From the NCBI GenBank assembly GCA_011605725.1, contig JAAOZP010000017.1, positions 374,354 to 438,353 on the forward strand: a DNA stretch of 64,000 nt, in the 5' to 3' direction. Shown in pieces: positions 28,293 to 37,736 of this stretch. The position numbers were made by a program, and so were the translations under genes. Numbering within the stretch: position 1 is the first letter of the stretch; every line of letters begins with the position of its first letter. The notes beneath the pieces are model-generated. The model did not search any database. It was given only the letters and a program-made list of their open reading frames with translations, and was not told the origin of the DNA. Source of the DNA: Nitrososphaerota archaeon (GTDB lineage Archaea; Thermoproteota; EX4484-205; JAAOZP01).

Positions 28293-29855
28293 CTATATAA
28301 GTTTTGTTTCAGTGTTTCTCAAACGTGCGCCAGCCTTTCTCCCAATGCTCCTAAACAGCTGAACTAGTTCAACGAAGACAGCGTAGTTCTCCTCGTAAAC
28401 AGCCCTGTTCCTCTCAACTGGCACAACTCTCTCTTTAATACTTACCCATTTACTTGAAAACTCTTCTATGCCGGCAAGGTTTAAAGCGTTGAAGGCTAGT
28501 GCTGCTGCACCGTAATTGGTAGCGTCCTCACCCCCAGCTACAACGTTAATCCTACAGCCGAGAATATCTGAAAGTATTTGCGCCCATATTCTGGATTTTG
28601 AACCTCCTCCTACAAAGTATACTTCGCCCAGGCCTATCGAGTTTTCCGAGAGCGCGTCGCTAATCGCCCTAATAACGTAGCCCACTCCCTCCATTATCGA
28701 TCTTACGAAATGAGCTCTACTGCATCCTCTGGTGACGCCTATGAAAGCACCCGTTAAGTTTGGGTCTCTATAAGGAAACCTTTCACCCGTGAGAAAAGGC
28801 AGGAAGATAAGGCCTTCTGAACCCGGAGAAGCTTTTTCCGCCTCCAGGTCCAGAATACTGTAAGGATCTCTGCCGATCATGCTGCCGGCTAGAGTCTCTA
28901 CCTGGCCGAAATTATCCCTGAACCATCTTAAACAGTCGCCACCGCTGTTCGAAGCACCTCCTAAAGCATAGAGACCGTTTGCCGCATAGTAGGTGAAGAA
29001 CCGCATTTCAAGACTCTTGTCGAAAACAATTCTCCTTGAAAGCTTTCTAACAACCCCGGTGGTCCCGATGTTTAAAACAGTGCCTTTTTCAGTCAAGCCT
29101 AGGCCGAAGTTCTGCGCCGCACCGTCGAACGTCGCCAAAACGATCCTCGTGCCCGGTGCAAACCCGTATTCCCTGCTGACGCTAGACGGAACAGCGTCTA
29201 GACTTTTCCCACCCTCGCATAGCCTTGGAAACCTGTTCTCATCAACCCCAAGTAGGTTAAGTACTTTCTCACTATACTTGAGTCTTTTAAGATTAACAAC
29301 CCCGCCTCCGCTGGCCGTGGCAAGATCTATATGCGGCTCCGTTGTCAAGCCGCTTTTCCACAGCAAGTAATCCTTACAGAATAAAAAATATCTTGCTTTT
29401 CTAAAGGTTTCAGGCTTCCTTTTCATAAACCAGTAAAGCTTATACGGCATGAATACGAATAGCGGCGGAGCCCCGGTTTCTCTGTAAAGCTCGTACGCGT
29501 CAGTTTTCTCCAGCAGCTCTTTTTCAACCTCCGCCGCCCTAGTATCATGATGCGTCAACACCCTTGTTAAAGGAACCCCATCTTTGTCTACGAGGAGCAC
29601 GCTATGGTTGTAAGCCGTCACGGAGATTGCTCCAATGCTCTCCCCGTATTTTTTACCGAAATAACCCAGCATGAGGGTGAAAGACTCTAAGAGCTCTTTC
29701 GGCTCGTGTCCAGCAAACCTGCTTTCCAGGTGAAGCGTTATCTCGCGAGTCTGCCTGTCAACAACCTTTCCTTCACTACTTATGACGAGACCCTTCATAT
29801 TGGTACTGCCGACGTCAATCGTAAGAACAAGGCTCATTTCCACGCCTACTTTCAT
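28293..29855 (-). CDS. FGGY carbohydrate kinase (gluconokinase-like)
   Basis: IDVGSTNMK, DGAAQN, IGTTG, LPFLTGER.P, GGGSKS. Confidence 0.88.
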   Translation of the reverse strand: MKVGVEMSLVLTIDVGSTNMKGLVISSEGKVVDRQTREITLHLESRFAGHEPKELLESFTLMLGYFGKKYGESIGAISVTAYNHSVLLVDKDGVPLTRVLTHHDTRAAEVEKELLEKTDAYELYRETGAPPLFVFMPYKLYWFMKRKPETFRKARYFLFCKDYLLWKSGLTTEPHIDLATASGGGVVNLKRLKYSEKVLNLLGVDENRFPRLCEGGKSLDAVPSSVSREYGFAPGTRIVLATFDGAAQNFGLGLTEKGTVLNIGTTGVVRKLSRRIVFDKSLEMRFFTYYAANGLYALGGASNSGGDCLRWFRDNFGQVETLAGSMIGRDPYSILDLEAEKASPGSEGLIFLPFLTGERFPYRDPNLTGAFIGVTRGCSRAHFVRSIMEGVGYVIRAISDALSENSIGLGEVYFVGGGSKSRIWAQILSDILGCRINVVAGGEDATNYGAAALAFNALNLAGIEEFSSKWVSIKERVVPVERNRAVYEENYAVFVELVQLFRSIGRKAGARLRNTETKLI

Positions 29856-30302
29856 TTTTCCAAGGCTCTTCTTAATAACCTCTTCGCCCTCCGAAGTGTT
29901 TCTCCAACCTTTTCATTAATGATTCTCACGTCTGAAAACCAGGGTAACTCGTAGACGAAACGGGGAAATGTTGAACGTGTGGAACGATGGTTTTCAAGGT
30001 TGAGCAAGCAGGGCTTAAAGATTTTTATACGTTTCAAGCATTTCAACTTCAGGTTGCCGCGTAAGGAGCCCCGAATACTTCTCGACGCCGAGGTCCTTGT
30101 GAGGCTCGCATACCTCACCATCACGGGTGAAACAGAGTTTAAAAACCTGGAGACGCTTAGGCTGGCCTACGAGCAGGGCGGAGGCCAAACCGTTGCTAGC
30201 GAGGCCACTCTAGAGGGCTCGCTGGAGCTGACGCCGATTGAAGACCTCCGAAGATTCTTTGAGGAAACACTGGGTTCTTCAAACAGTTTGAAGAAAGAGT
30301 AG
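29852..30302. pseudogene. Two back-to-back gene 3' remnants (one per strand)
   Basis: Minus frame ends ...ELPWFSDVRIINEKVGETLRRAKRLLRRALEK* with ATGA overlap on the kinase start; plus frame ends ...LTPIEDLRRFFEETLGSSNSLKKE*; no room for both 5' ends. Confidence 0.45.
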
Positions 30303-30315
30303 AATGGATGTGACG

Positions 30316-32136
30316 CTATAGTTCTTCAAACTCGTATTCCTCAGTTTTCCTGGGCGCCGGCCTCCCTTTCAAACGAAGTATTTTAAACACTACTACTGCT
30401 AAAACTATTGAAAAAACACCGATTATTATGAGAACCACGTTCATCGACATAGGTATTTTTATAGTCACCTCCCTCTCCGTCAGGAAGCTTACTCTAACAG
30501 TCGCCGAGTACCCTAGGTTGATTACTGTAACCGTCAGCTCTCCGCCGGCAACCCTGCTAATGTTGACAGTGCCGCTTGGCCCAGTGACGTATTTAGCCTG
30601 AGTATTGTTCGCGAATATTATTTTCAACTCAGCACCCTCTATGGGCATTGAAAAAGGATCCACGATCCTGATGAACCCGTTTACAATGCTGCATGAAACC
30701 CTTATCTCCCTAGGGGCGTCGACATGCTCTATTCTAGCCTCGTCGAGAACATTCAGCCCCGCGTACTTAACCATCGTCAACCTGAAGCTTCCCCCAGTCA
30801 TCCAGATGCTTCTTAAAGTCCCGTTGTAAACAGTGTTGTTTGAAAACATGCAAATATAGAAGGTGGGGTTGAACGGAGCATTATCCTTGTCGACGAAGCT
30901 CAAGTTAACCAGGTACTCCTTCCGGTACTCCGCCGTCAGCTCAAGGTCTCCCTCAACATTCAACACTATTTCTGGAGAAAGAGTCGTCAAGCCTTTCTGT
31001 TTCCATCCGGTGAAAACGTACCTCACCCCTTCAGTAGGACTATACGTCTCCTGTGCCCTGAGGGTCTTGGTTCCGTACGTAGTGTAGAAGACAATCCCGG
31101 TTTCATCCATTATTTCCTGGCGTTTGCCATCAAGCTCTACAGCCACACCCGGTATGCTAAACACGCTTATCTTTGCAAGCCTAGCCGTGAAACTAGCCTG
31201 GCCGAAATTATTATCCTCATTCGAATCGTAAAACACGTTCAGCGCTTTAACCCATATTTTTACAACGTGAATACCCGCAGTAACATTAGTGATAGTCTTT
31301 TCGAAGCGTACTCGCTCCGACTCCAGCATAGGGGTTTTGAGCCTAAGCTGGCTGCCGGTAGTGTTCGTAAGCAGAGCATCGTCAAGCATGATGGTTATCA
31401 AGTAGTCCGGAATAGCAGCATCCCCCTTGTTTCTTAAAACCAAGACAAGAGTCAAGTTGGAGCCTGCGATAAGACTCTCCTTATCCAAGTATACTCCTTC
31501 AAGCATGATGTCGCATCTTGTCGCCCAGTTGTCAGGAGAAGAGACAACTCCCCAGCTAGACGGGTTGCTTAGAAGAGCGTCAGCAGGCCAAGAATAATTA
31601 ACCCCTACTCCGGAAGCGATTAGGGCGAACCCTAGTGTCCTAGGCGTATTAGGATGAACATCCAGCTTCCATAAAGGTATGGATAGTTCAATAGTCCAAG
31701 AAACAGTTCCATTGACAATCCTGAAGATAATGTCGCCTGCAGACTCCTCAAGCCATTCATCCCCATGCCCGTAGAAATATTTTAACACGCCCGACCTGTT
31801 TACAGCAAGCCTCGTAGTTCCAACTGTGAGAACAGTACTGTTTAAAACACCGGTGTTAAAAAGAAGGTTGACTGTCCTGCAAGCATTGTTCAAAACCATT
31901 GCGAAAAACAGGTGGCTGCCATTATGGACAGCATAGGTTTTCACCCATGGTAGGCTGAGCTGTTCAACAGGATACTCTCCTGATGAAACAGCCCCGTCTA
32001 CCCTAGGGCTTTTGTAAATCGGGATACTTAGCTCCGGCTCGGCTGAAGCATGAAGCAGCAAGCATCCGGCCGCGAGAAGCATGATTATAAGCAGTATTAT
32101 CATACTGTTTGCAAACGGCTTCCTAAGCCTCCTCAT
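30316..32136 (-). CDS. Membrane-anchored cell-surface protein (CBM9/DOMON-like, CARDB and beta-sandwich domains)
   Basis: Signal peptide, PRVDG...GEY, CARDB-like V.LRNKG...DSNEDNN, many N-x-S/T sequons, C-terminal TM plus basic/acidic tail; ATG 32136 with GGAG RBS. Confidence 0.75.
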   Translation of the reverse strand: MRRLRKPFANSMIILLIIMLLAAGCLLLHASAEPELSIPIYKSPRVDGAVSSGEYPVEQLSLPWVKTYAVHNGSHLFFAMVLNNACRTVNLLFNTGVLNSTVLTVGTTRLAVNRSGVLKYFYGHGDEWLEESAGDIIFRIVNGTVSWTIELSIPLWKLDVHPNTPRTLGFALIASGVGVNYSWPADALLSNPSSWGVVSSPDNWATRCDIMLEGVYLDKESLIAGSNLTLVLVLRNKGDAAIPDYLITIMLDDALLTNTTGSQLRLKTPMLESERVRFEKTITNVTAGIHVVKIWVKALNVFYDSNEDNNFGQASFTARLAKISVFSIPGVAVELDGKRQEIMDETGIVFYTTYGTKTLRAQETYSPTEGVRYVFTGWKQKGLTTLSPEIVLNVEGDLELTAEYRKEYLVNLSFVDKDNAPFNPTFYICMFSNNTVYNGTLRSIWMTGGSFRLTMVKYAGLNVLDEARIEHVDAPREIRVSCSIVNGFIRIVDPFSMPIEGAELKIIFANNTQAKYVTGPSGTVNISRVAGGELTVTVINLGYSATVRVSFLTEREVTIKIPMSMNVVLIIIGVFSIVLAVVVFKILRLKGRPAPRKTEEYEFEEL

Positions 32137-32189
32137 AGCTCCTATGCGTAGGGAAACTCTTAAAAAGATTTTTTTGCGGATGAAAAACA

Positions 32190-33395
32190 GTGATCGTGTT
32201 GAAAGAAGCATGCGTGTTAGCGTATTCAGGCGGGCTTGATACTTCAACCATGATACCGTGGATAATGGAGAAATACGGCATGGATGTTATCGCCGTCATC
32301 GTCGACGTCGGCCAGAAAGAAGACTTTGAGGCTGCTGTCGAGAGAGCTGAGAAGCTTGGTGCATCAGAAGTTGTTAAAATAGATGCTAGAAGAGAGTTTG
32401 TTGAAAAATATGTTTTCAAAGCCATAAAGGCTAACGGCCTGTATGAAGGCGTTTACCCAATGGGCACTTCTCTCTCAAGGCCGCTGATAGCTTCAAAGAT
32501 CGTTAAGGTGGCTGAGGAGAAGGGTGCTTCAACAGTTGCCCACGGCTGCACAGGGAAGGGTAACGACCAGGTTAGGTTTGAAGTATCAATAAGGTCGCTG
32601 AACCCTAGGCTTAGAATACTTGCGCCAGTCAGAGAATGGGGATTAAGCAGGGATGACGAGGTTGAATACTTGGGTAAGAAGGGTGTTAAAATGGATCCTG
32701 GGAAAAGCAGGTTCAGCATAGACGACAACCTGTGGAGCAGGTCTATTGAGGGCGGTGAGCTTGAAGACCCTTGGGTGGAGCCTCCTGAGGAAGCGTTCGT
32801 CTGGAGCAGACCAGTGTCCGAGGCGCCGGATAAGCCTGAGTACATGACGATAGAGTTCGAAAAGGGTGTTCCCATAAGTCTGAACGGGGAGAGGCTTGAT
32901 CCAGTTGAATTAATACTCCAGGTTAACAGAACAGCTGGGTCACATGGCTTCGGCAGAATAGACCACATGGAGGACCGTGTTGTCGGAATAAAGTCCAGGG
33001 AAGTCTACGAGGCTCCTGCAGCCTTAACACTGATAAGAGCACACCAGGATCTTGAGAAACTCGTTTTAACAAGGCTTGAGCTGGAGGAGAAGAGGAGGCT
33101 TGAAGCAACATGGGCCTGGCTCGTATACTCCGGACTATGGTTTGAACCTTTAAGAATGGCTATTGAAGCATTCATAGACTTCACGCAGGAGAATGTTGAC
33201 GGGGAGGTTAGAGTTAAACTGTTTAAGGGAGAGGCAGTAATCGTTGGAAGACGCTCAGCGAAATCGCTCTACGACGAGAAGAGAGCAACCTACTCGTCTC
33301 TTTCAAGGTTCGACCAGGCCTTGGCGAACGGTTTCATACAGCTTTGGGGACTCTCAACAGTGAGGGCGAACGAGGTGCGCCAGCGTAAAAGCTAA
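32190..33395 (+). CDS. argG: Argininosuccinate synthase
   Basis: LAYSGGLDTS, HGCTGKGNDQVRF, SREVYEAPA. Confidence 0.97.
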   Translation: MIVLKEACVLAYSGGLDTSTMIPWIMEKYGMDVIAVIVDVGQKEDFEAAVERAEKLGASEVVKIDARREFVEKYVFKAIKANGLYEGVYPMGTSLSRPLIASKIVKVAEEKGASTVAHGCTGKGNDQVRFEVSIRSLNPRLRILAPVREWGLSRDDEVEYLGKKGVKMDPGKSRFSIDDNLWSRSIEGGELEDPWVEPPEEAFVWSRPVSEAPDKPEYMTIEFEKGVPISLNGERLDPVELILQVNRTAGSHGFGRIDHMEDRVVGIKSREVYEAPAALTLIRAHQDLEKLVLTRLELEEKRRLEATWAWLVYSGLWFEPLRMAIEAFIDFTQENVDGEVRVKLFKGEAVIVGRRSAKSLYDEKRATYSSLSRFDQALANGFIQLWGLSTVRANEVRQRKS

Positions 33396-33432
33396 ATTTA
33401 TAAGCAAGAACATGAAGAATCTTCAACACTCC

Positions 33433-33606
33433 ATGAAGACGGAATGCGAGGAATGCCTAGCTGTGTTCGAGGTCTCGGAAGACGCGATAGTGGGTGAAGT
33501 AGTGACATGCCCCGAATGCGGCTCAGACCTTGAGATAATAGAGATAAGCGGCGACACCGTTAAGACGAGGAAGATTCAGCTCTCAGGCGAGGACTGGGGC
33601 GAGTAG
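33433..33606 (+). CDS. lysW: Amino-group carrier protein LysW
   Basis: CEEC...CPECG and C-terminal EDWGE. Confidence 0.95.
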   Translation: MKTECEECLAVFEVSEDAIVGEVVTCPECGSDLEIIEISGDTVKTRKIQLSGEDWGE

Positions 33607-33615
33607 GCGTAGGAA

Positions 33616-34470
33616 TTGCCTTTAAGCATTTTTTATGACCAGATAAGGTTTGAGGAGAAAGAGCTTTTCAAAGCAGCTGAAAACCTTTCAATACCCTTTA
33701 AAAGACTGAACGCGGACGATTTTTCATTCACACTCGGCAGGAGGACGCCTGAGATCCAGGATGTTGACACAGCCCTCTTAAGATGCGTATCATACTTCAA
33801 GTCGCTCCACCTTTCAAGCTACCTGGAGGGGGTTGGAATACGAACAGTAAGCTCCTTCAAAACACTGCAGATAGCTGGAAACAAGCTCTTCACGACAGTC
33901 GAGCTCGTGAAAAACAACGTGAAAACCCCGTTCACAGTGGTCTCCTTCTCCTACCAGTCTGCCCTAGACTCTTTCAACAAGACAGGATACCCAGCGGTTT
34001 TAAAACCCGTCATAGGAAGCTGGGGAAGACTAATCTCCCTTATAAAGGACAGGTATACTGCTGAAGCAGTGCTTGAAGACCGTTTATACATGTTCCCGCT
34101 TTACCAGGTTTTCTATGTTCAAGAGTATGTTGAGAAACCCGGTAGAGATATTAGGGCAACAGTAATCGGGGATGAAGTTGTCTCCGCAATATACAGGGTC
34201 TCCCCGCCAGACCAGTGGAAGACAAACCTAGCTATAGGTGGAAAAAGCGAGAAGGCGGAGATAACCAGCGAGCTGGCTGAAATAGTTCTCAAAGCAGCCG
34301 AAGCAGTAGGCGGAGAAATAGTGGGGATAGACGTGATGGAGAGCCCTAGGGAGGGTTATGTTGTTAACGAGGTTAATCCTACGCCTGAGTTCAGGGGAAG
34401 CATGGAGGCCACTGGAATCAACATTCCCGAGAAGATTCTCAAGTACCTCGCGTCTAAAGCGAGAAGGTAA
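33616..34470 (+). CDS. lysX: LysX/ArgX ATP-grasp LysW ligase
   Basis: KPVIGSWGRL, QEYVEKPGRDIR, WKTN, EVNPTPEF. Confidence 0.92.
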   Translation: MPLSIFYDQIRFEEKELFKAAENLSIPFKRLNADDFSFTLGRRTPEIQDVDTALLRCVSYFKSLHLSSYLEGVGIRTVSSFKTLQIAGNKLFTTVELVKNNVKTPFTVVSFSYQSALDSFNKTGYPAVLKPVIGSWGRLISLIKDRYTAEAVLEDRLYMFPLYQVFYVQEYVEKPGRDIRATVIGDEVVSAIYRVSPPDQWKTNLAIGGKSEKAEITSELAEIVLKAAEAVGGEIVGIDVMESPREGYVVNEVNPTPEFRGSMEATGINIPEKILKYLASKARR

Positions 34471-34526
34471 GAGTGTAGCGTGCACTATCAGCATTAGAAT
34501 CATTTTTACGCTGCCCAGCTTATGTT

Positions 34527-34830
34527 AGCGTGCGGGCTACTCAGAATAGGGTACGTTTTCACATACGCTTTGACTCCAAGTATAAGGAGGGATTAGAGGA
34601 GATAAGGAACCTTTTAAAAGATCTAGGCTTCCGTCCCCCTGAAATCCATGAGTATTATAGGGAGGATAGAACCTATTACTATTTTATGAATCCCTGAGGA
34701 GGAACACTTAAAATTCATAGAGGAGATAGGATCTGAGAAGCCGGACCATCGTGAGAAGTTCGAGGGTCTTGAAACAAATTTATGAAGAGAAAAGAAGAAA
34801 AAGGGGAGAGGGAAGATTAAAAGAGAAGCA
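34527..34830 (+). pseudogene. Headless, frameshifted LAGLIDADG/DOD-endonuclease-like C-terminal fragment
   Basis: SVRATQNRVRFHIRFDSKYKEGLEEIRNLLKDLGF...YYYFM / IPEEEHLKFIEEIGSEKPDHREKFE resembles the second half of DOD domains; two frameshifts. Confidence 0.5.
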
Positions 34831-34842
34831 GGGAGTAAAGAT

Positions 34843-35532
34843 ATGGAAACGAGGAAATCGGCGAAGGTATGGGGATGGGGCGACAAATTTGAGGACGTAA
34901 AGATTAATTGTGAAAGATACGTGGACAGAAGGTGGACGGAGACTACGAAGGAATGCTGCATCGGCATCATGGCAAGAGAGAGAAATAAGACGATATTTTA
35001 CTTCATCGATGCATATACGAGTGACCCCAAAAGCGTTGGAAACCTGGCTGAAGGTCTATTCCAGGCAGCGCTTAGCCAAGGGGAAACTAAAGTCGACTTC
35101 GTCACAATAAGGTTCTATGATAATGTCGTATCTCGCGATATGCAGCACCGCAAGTCTATTGAGGAAATTGAGGAAGAACTCAAGAAACGCGAGAAAGTCA
35201 TTGCCAGCAGATTCATTAACGATCCGAAGGTGAGTGACGCAGCTAAGGGGAAAGAAGTTATATTTATTCCAGAGACCCGTTTGCTATGTGAGCTCAGATC
35301 TAAAGTGGCGAACAAGGTGATTATAGAGGCGGTTTATGGCTTTGGCTTTGAGGCCTTAAAGGATTTCATCAACTCTTTAGGCAATGAACTTATCAAGAGG
35401 CGTATTGCTGAAGGAGTTGCTGGTTACGAGTTGCGGGGAAGCGCTGAGGAACTCAAAATCAATGATGTTGATGATGGGTATGATGAGGTTTACGTGTACT
35501 TAGGTTTGAATCAAGCTAGCATTTTATTCTGA
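34843..35532 (+). CDS. Hypothetical protein inserted in the lysW operon
   Basis: 229-aa ORF with AT-richer codon use than its neighbours. Confidence 0.7.
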   Translation: METRKSAKVWGWGDKFEDVKINCERYVDRRWTETTKECCIGIMARERNKTIFYFIDAYTSDPKSVGNLAEGLFQAALSQGETKVDFVTIRFYDNVVSRDMQHRKSIEEIEEELKKREKVIASRFINDPKVSDAAKGKEVIFIPETRLLCELRSKVANKVIIEAVYGFGFEALKDFINSLGNELIKRRIAEGVAGYELRGSAEELKINDVDDGYDEVYVYLGLNQASILF

Positions 35533-35861
35533 ATGTTTTAGCGTGCATCGACTAGGGATGAATGGGCTTAGGTTACTTAGGGAGGCGTGAAGCATCTAGA
35601 AACTGTTCCGCTTTAAACTGATTTAATATTCTACTAGTTCTTTATTCCGCTAAAGCACCATTCTAGCGCGCGCTTTCAGATGGCTCGCATGTCTAATCTG
35701 AAAAGATTGTGAAAAATATAGTAAGCCCCCGGTTAAGGATCCAGCATGCGTCTGGCTCGTTAAACCTGGAGAAGCCTACGCACGCTGGAGGAAAAAGGGT
35801 CCTGCTGTGCAAGTTGGAGAAAAGATTCTTAAACACCTGGTTTGGAGGATTAGGAGGTAAG

Positions 35862-36917
35862 TTGGTTAAAGTAGCTGTGTACGGGGCAAGCGGCTATGTG
35901 GGTGGAGAACTGCTTAGAATACTTCTCTCACACAGCAAGGTGGAAATAGTTGCAGCCACTTCTAAAAGGTTCAGCGGCATGCCTGTTCACAAGGTTCACC
36001 CGAACCTTAGGAAGGTTTGCCAGATTAGCTTCGTGGAGCCCAGGGTTGAAAACGTGGCTAATGCTGAAGTCGTGTTCACAGCGCTTCCACACGGCCAGTC
36101 TATGCATGTGGTTAAAACGCTTCTCGACAGGGGTTTGAAGGTTATAGACTTGGGAGCTGATTTCAGGCTTAAAGACTCCTCCGCCTACGAGAAATGGTAC
36201 GGGTTTAAACATCCTTATCCTGATCTTCTCGAGAAGGCTGTCTACGGTCTGCCGGAGCTTCACAGGGAGGAGATAAGGACAGCTAGCCTGGTGGCAGTAG
36301 CGGGCTGCATGGCTTCGGCGAGCATACTGGCACTCGTGCCTCCTGTTAAGAATGGTCTGGTAGACAGGAGCCAGATATTCATAGATGCTAAAATAGGCTC
36401 CTCAGGAGCTGGTTCAACACCAACCCTAGAAGGATACCATCCGGAGAGGTATAACGTGGTAAGGCCCTATAAGCCGGCTGGACACAGGCATGTTGCTGAG
36501 ATAATTCAAGAGGTTTCGCATGCTTCCGGCGGGGAAATAGTTGTAGGCTTCTCACCGCACTCCGTAAACATTGTGAGAGGGATACTCGTAACTATTCACA
36601 CGCGTCCCTCTGGAAGACTCCCTTCTTATCCAGACTTATGGAGGTGTTACAGGCAGGCTTACGACAAGGAGCCGTTTATAAGGCTCGTTAGGGATCCGAC
36701 GATGGTGCATGGACTGCCTGATCCAAAGTATTTGATGGGTTCAAACTTTGCAGACATAGGTTTCGAAATAGACGTTGACTCCAACAGGGTAATCCTGTTC
36801 GCAGCCATAGACAACCTGGTTAAAGGGGCGGCTGGAAACGCTGTCCAGTGTTTCAACATAATGTTTAACTATGATGAGAAGGAGGGCTTAACTTTCCCAG
36901 GTCTGCATCCAGCGTGA
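35862..36917 (+). CDS. lysY: LysY/ArgC LysW-aminoacyl-phosphate reductase
   Basis: GASGYVGGEL, ALPHG, DLGADFR, YGLPE, DNLVKGAAG; TTG start with GGAGG RBS. Confidence 0.93.
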   Translation: MVKVAVYGASGYVGGELLRILLSHSKVEIVAATSKRFSGMPVHKVHPNLRKVCQISFVEPRVENVANAEVVFTALPHGQSMHVVKTLLDRGLKVIDLGADFRLKDSSAYEKWYGFKHPYPDLLEKAVYGLPELHREEIRTASLVAVAGCMASASILALVPPVKNGLVDRSQIFIDAKIGSSGAGSTPTLEGYHPERYNVVRPYKPAGHRHVAEIIQEVSHASGGEIVVGFSPHSVNIVRGILVTIHTRPSGRLPSYPDLWRCYRQAYDKEPFIRLVRDPTMVHGLPDPKYLMGSNFADIGFEIDVDSNRVILFAAIDNLVKGAAGNAVQCFNIMFNYDEKEGLTFPGLHPA

Positions 36918-37724
36918 GTGTTGAAAATGATAGTGGTTAAAGCAGGAGGAGCACTGCTTGAGGAAGACGTTTTAGAGAAGATAGTGGCAGACGTGGCTGA
37001 ATACTCGAGGAGGGAGAAAGTCGTGTTCGTCCACGGGGGAGGAGCAGAGGTGACGGAGACGTGTAGGAGAATGGGTATTGAGCCAAAGTTCGTTGTTTCA
37101 GCAAGCGGGATGAGGAGCAGAGTGACCGACTGGGAGACGATGCAGGTCTACCTTATGACGATGGGGAGGCTTAACAAGATTGTAGTCTCTAAGTTTCTCA
37201 GGATGAACGTTAACGCTGTCGGCTTAACCGGTGTAGACGGAGCTCTGGCTAGCGCCAACAGGAAGGAAAAGATATTAGTTAAAAGAGAAGACGGTAGGAG
37301 AATCCTTATGGACGGCGGGTTCACTGGAAAGATTGAAAAGATTAACGTAGACCTGTTAAAACTTCTTTTGGACAACAGTATTCTCCCGGTTCTAGCACCC
37401 ATAGCTTTAAGCAAGCAGTTTGAACCACTTAACGTTGACAGCGACGCCTTCGCAGCCAAGGTTGCTTCAGCACTGGGAAGCAGCCTGCTTTATCTTACGA
37501 ACGTGGAGGGCCTGCTGATAGACGGGAAGCTCGTCGAGTCGCTGACGATGGCTGAAGCATCAGTCCTTCTTCCGAGCATAGGACACGGCATGATGAGGAA
37601 AGTGCAGTCAGCCGTGGAGGCGCTTCGAGAAGGAGCTGTTTCAGTAAGAATATCCTCCGGGCTTATTGACAAGCCTGTTTCAAGCGCGCTGGAGAAAAAC
37701 CTTGGAACACTCATATTCAAATGA
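36918..37724 (+). CDS. lysZ: LysZ/ArgB LysW-aminoacyl kinase
   Basis: VVKAGG, VHGGG, SRVTD, LNVDSD. Confidence 0.92.
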   Translation: MLKMIVVKAGGALLEEDVLEKIVADVAEYSRREKVVFVHGGGAEVTETCRRMGIEPKFVVSASGMRSRVTDWETMQVYLMTMGRLNKIVVSKFLRMNVNAVGLTGVDGALASANRKEKILVKREDGRRILMDGGFTGKIEKINVDLLKLLLDNSILPVLAPIALSKQFEPLNVDSDAFAAKVASALGSSLLYLTNVEGLLIDGKLVESLTMAEASVLLPSIGHGMMRKVQSAVEALREGAVSVRISSGLIDKPVSSALEKNLGTLIFK

Positions 37725-37736
37725 GGATGTTTAAAA

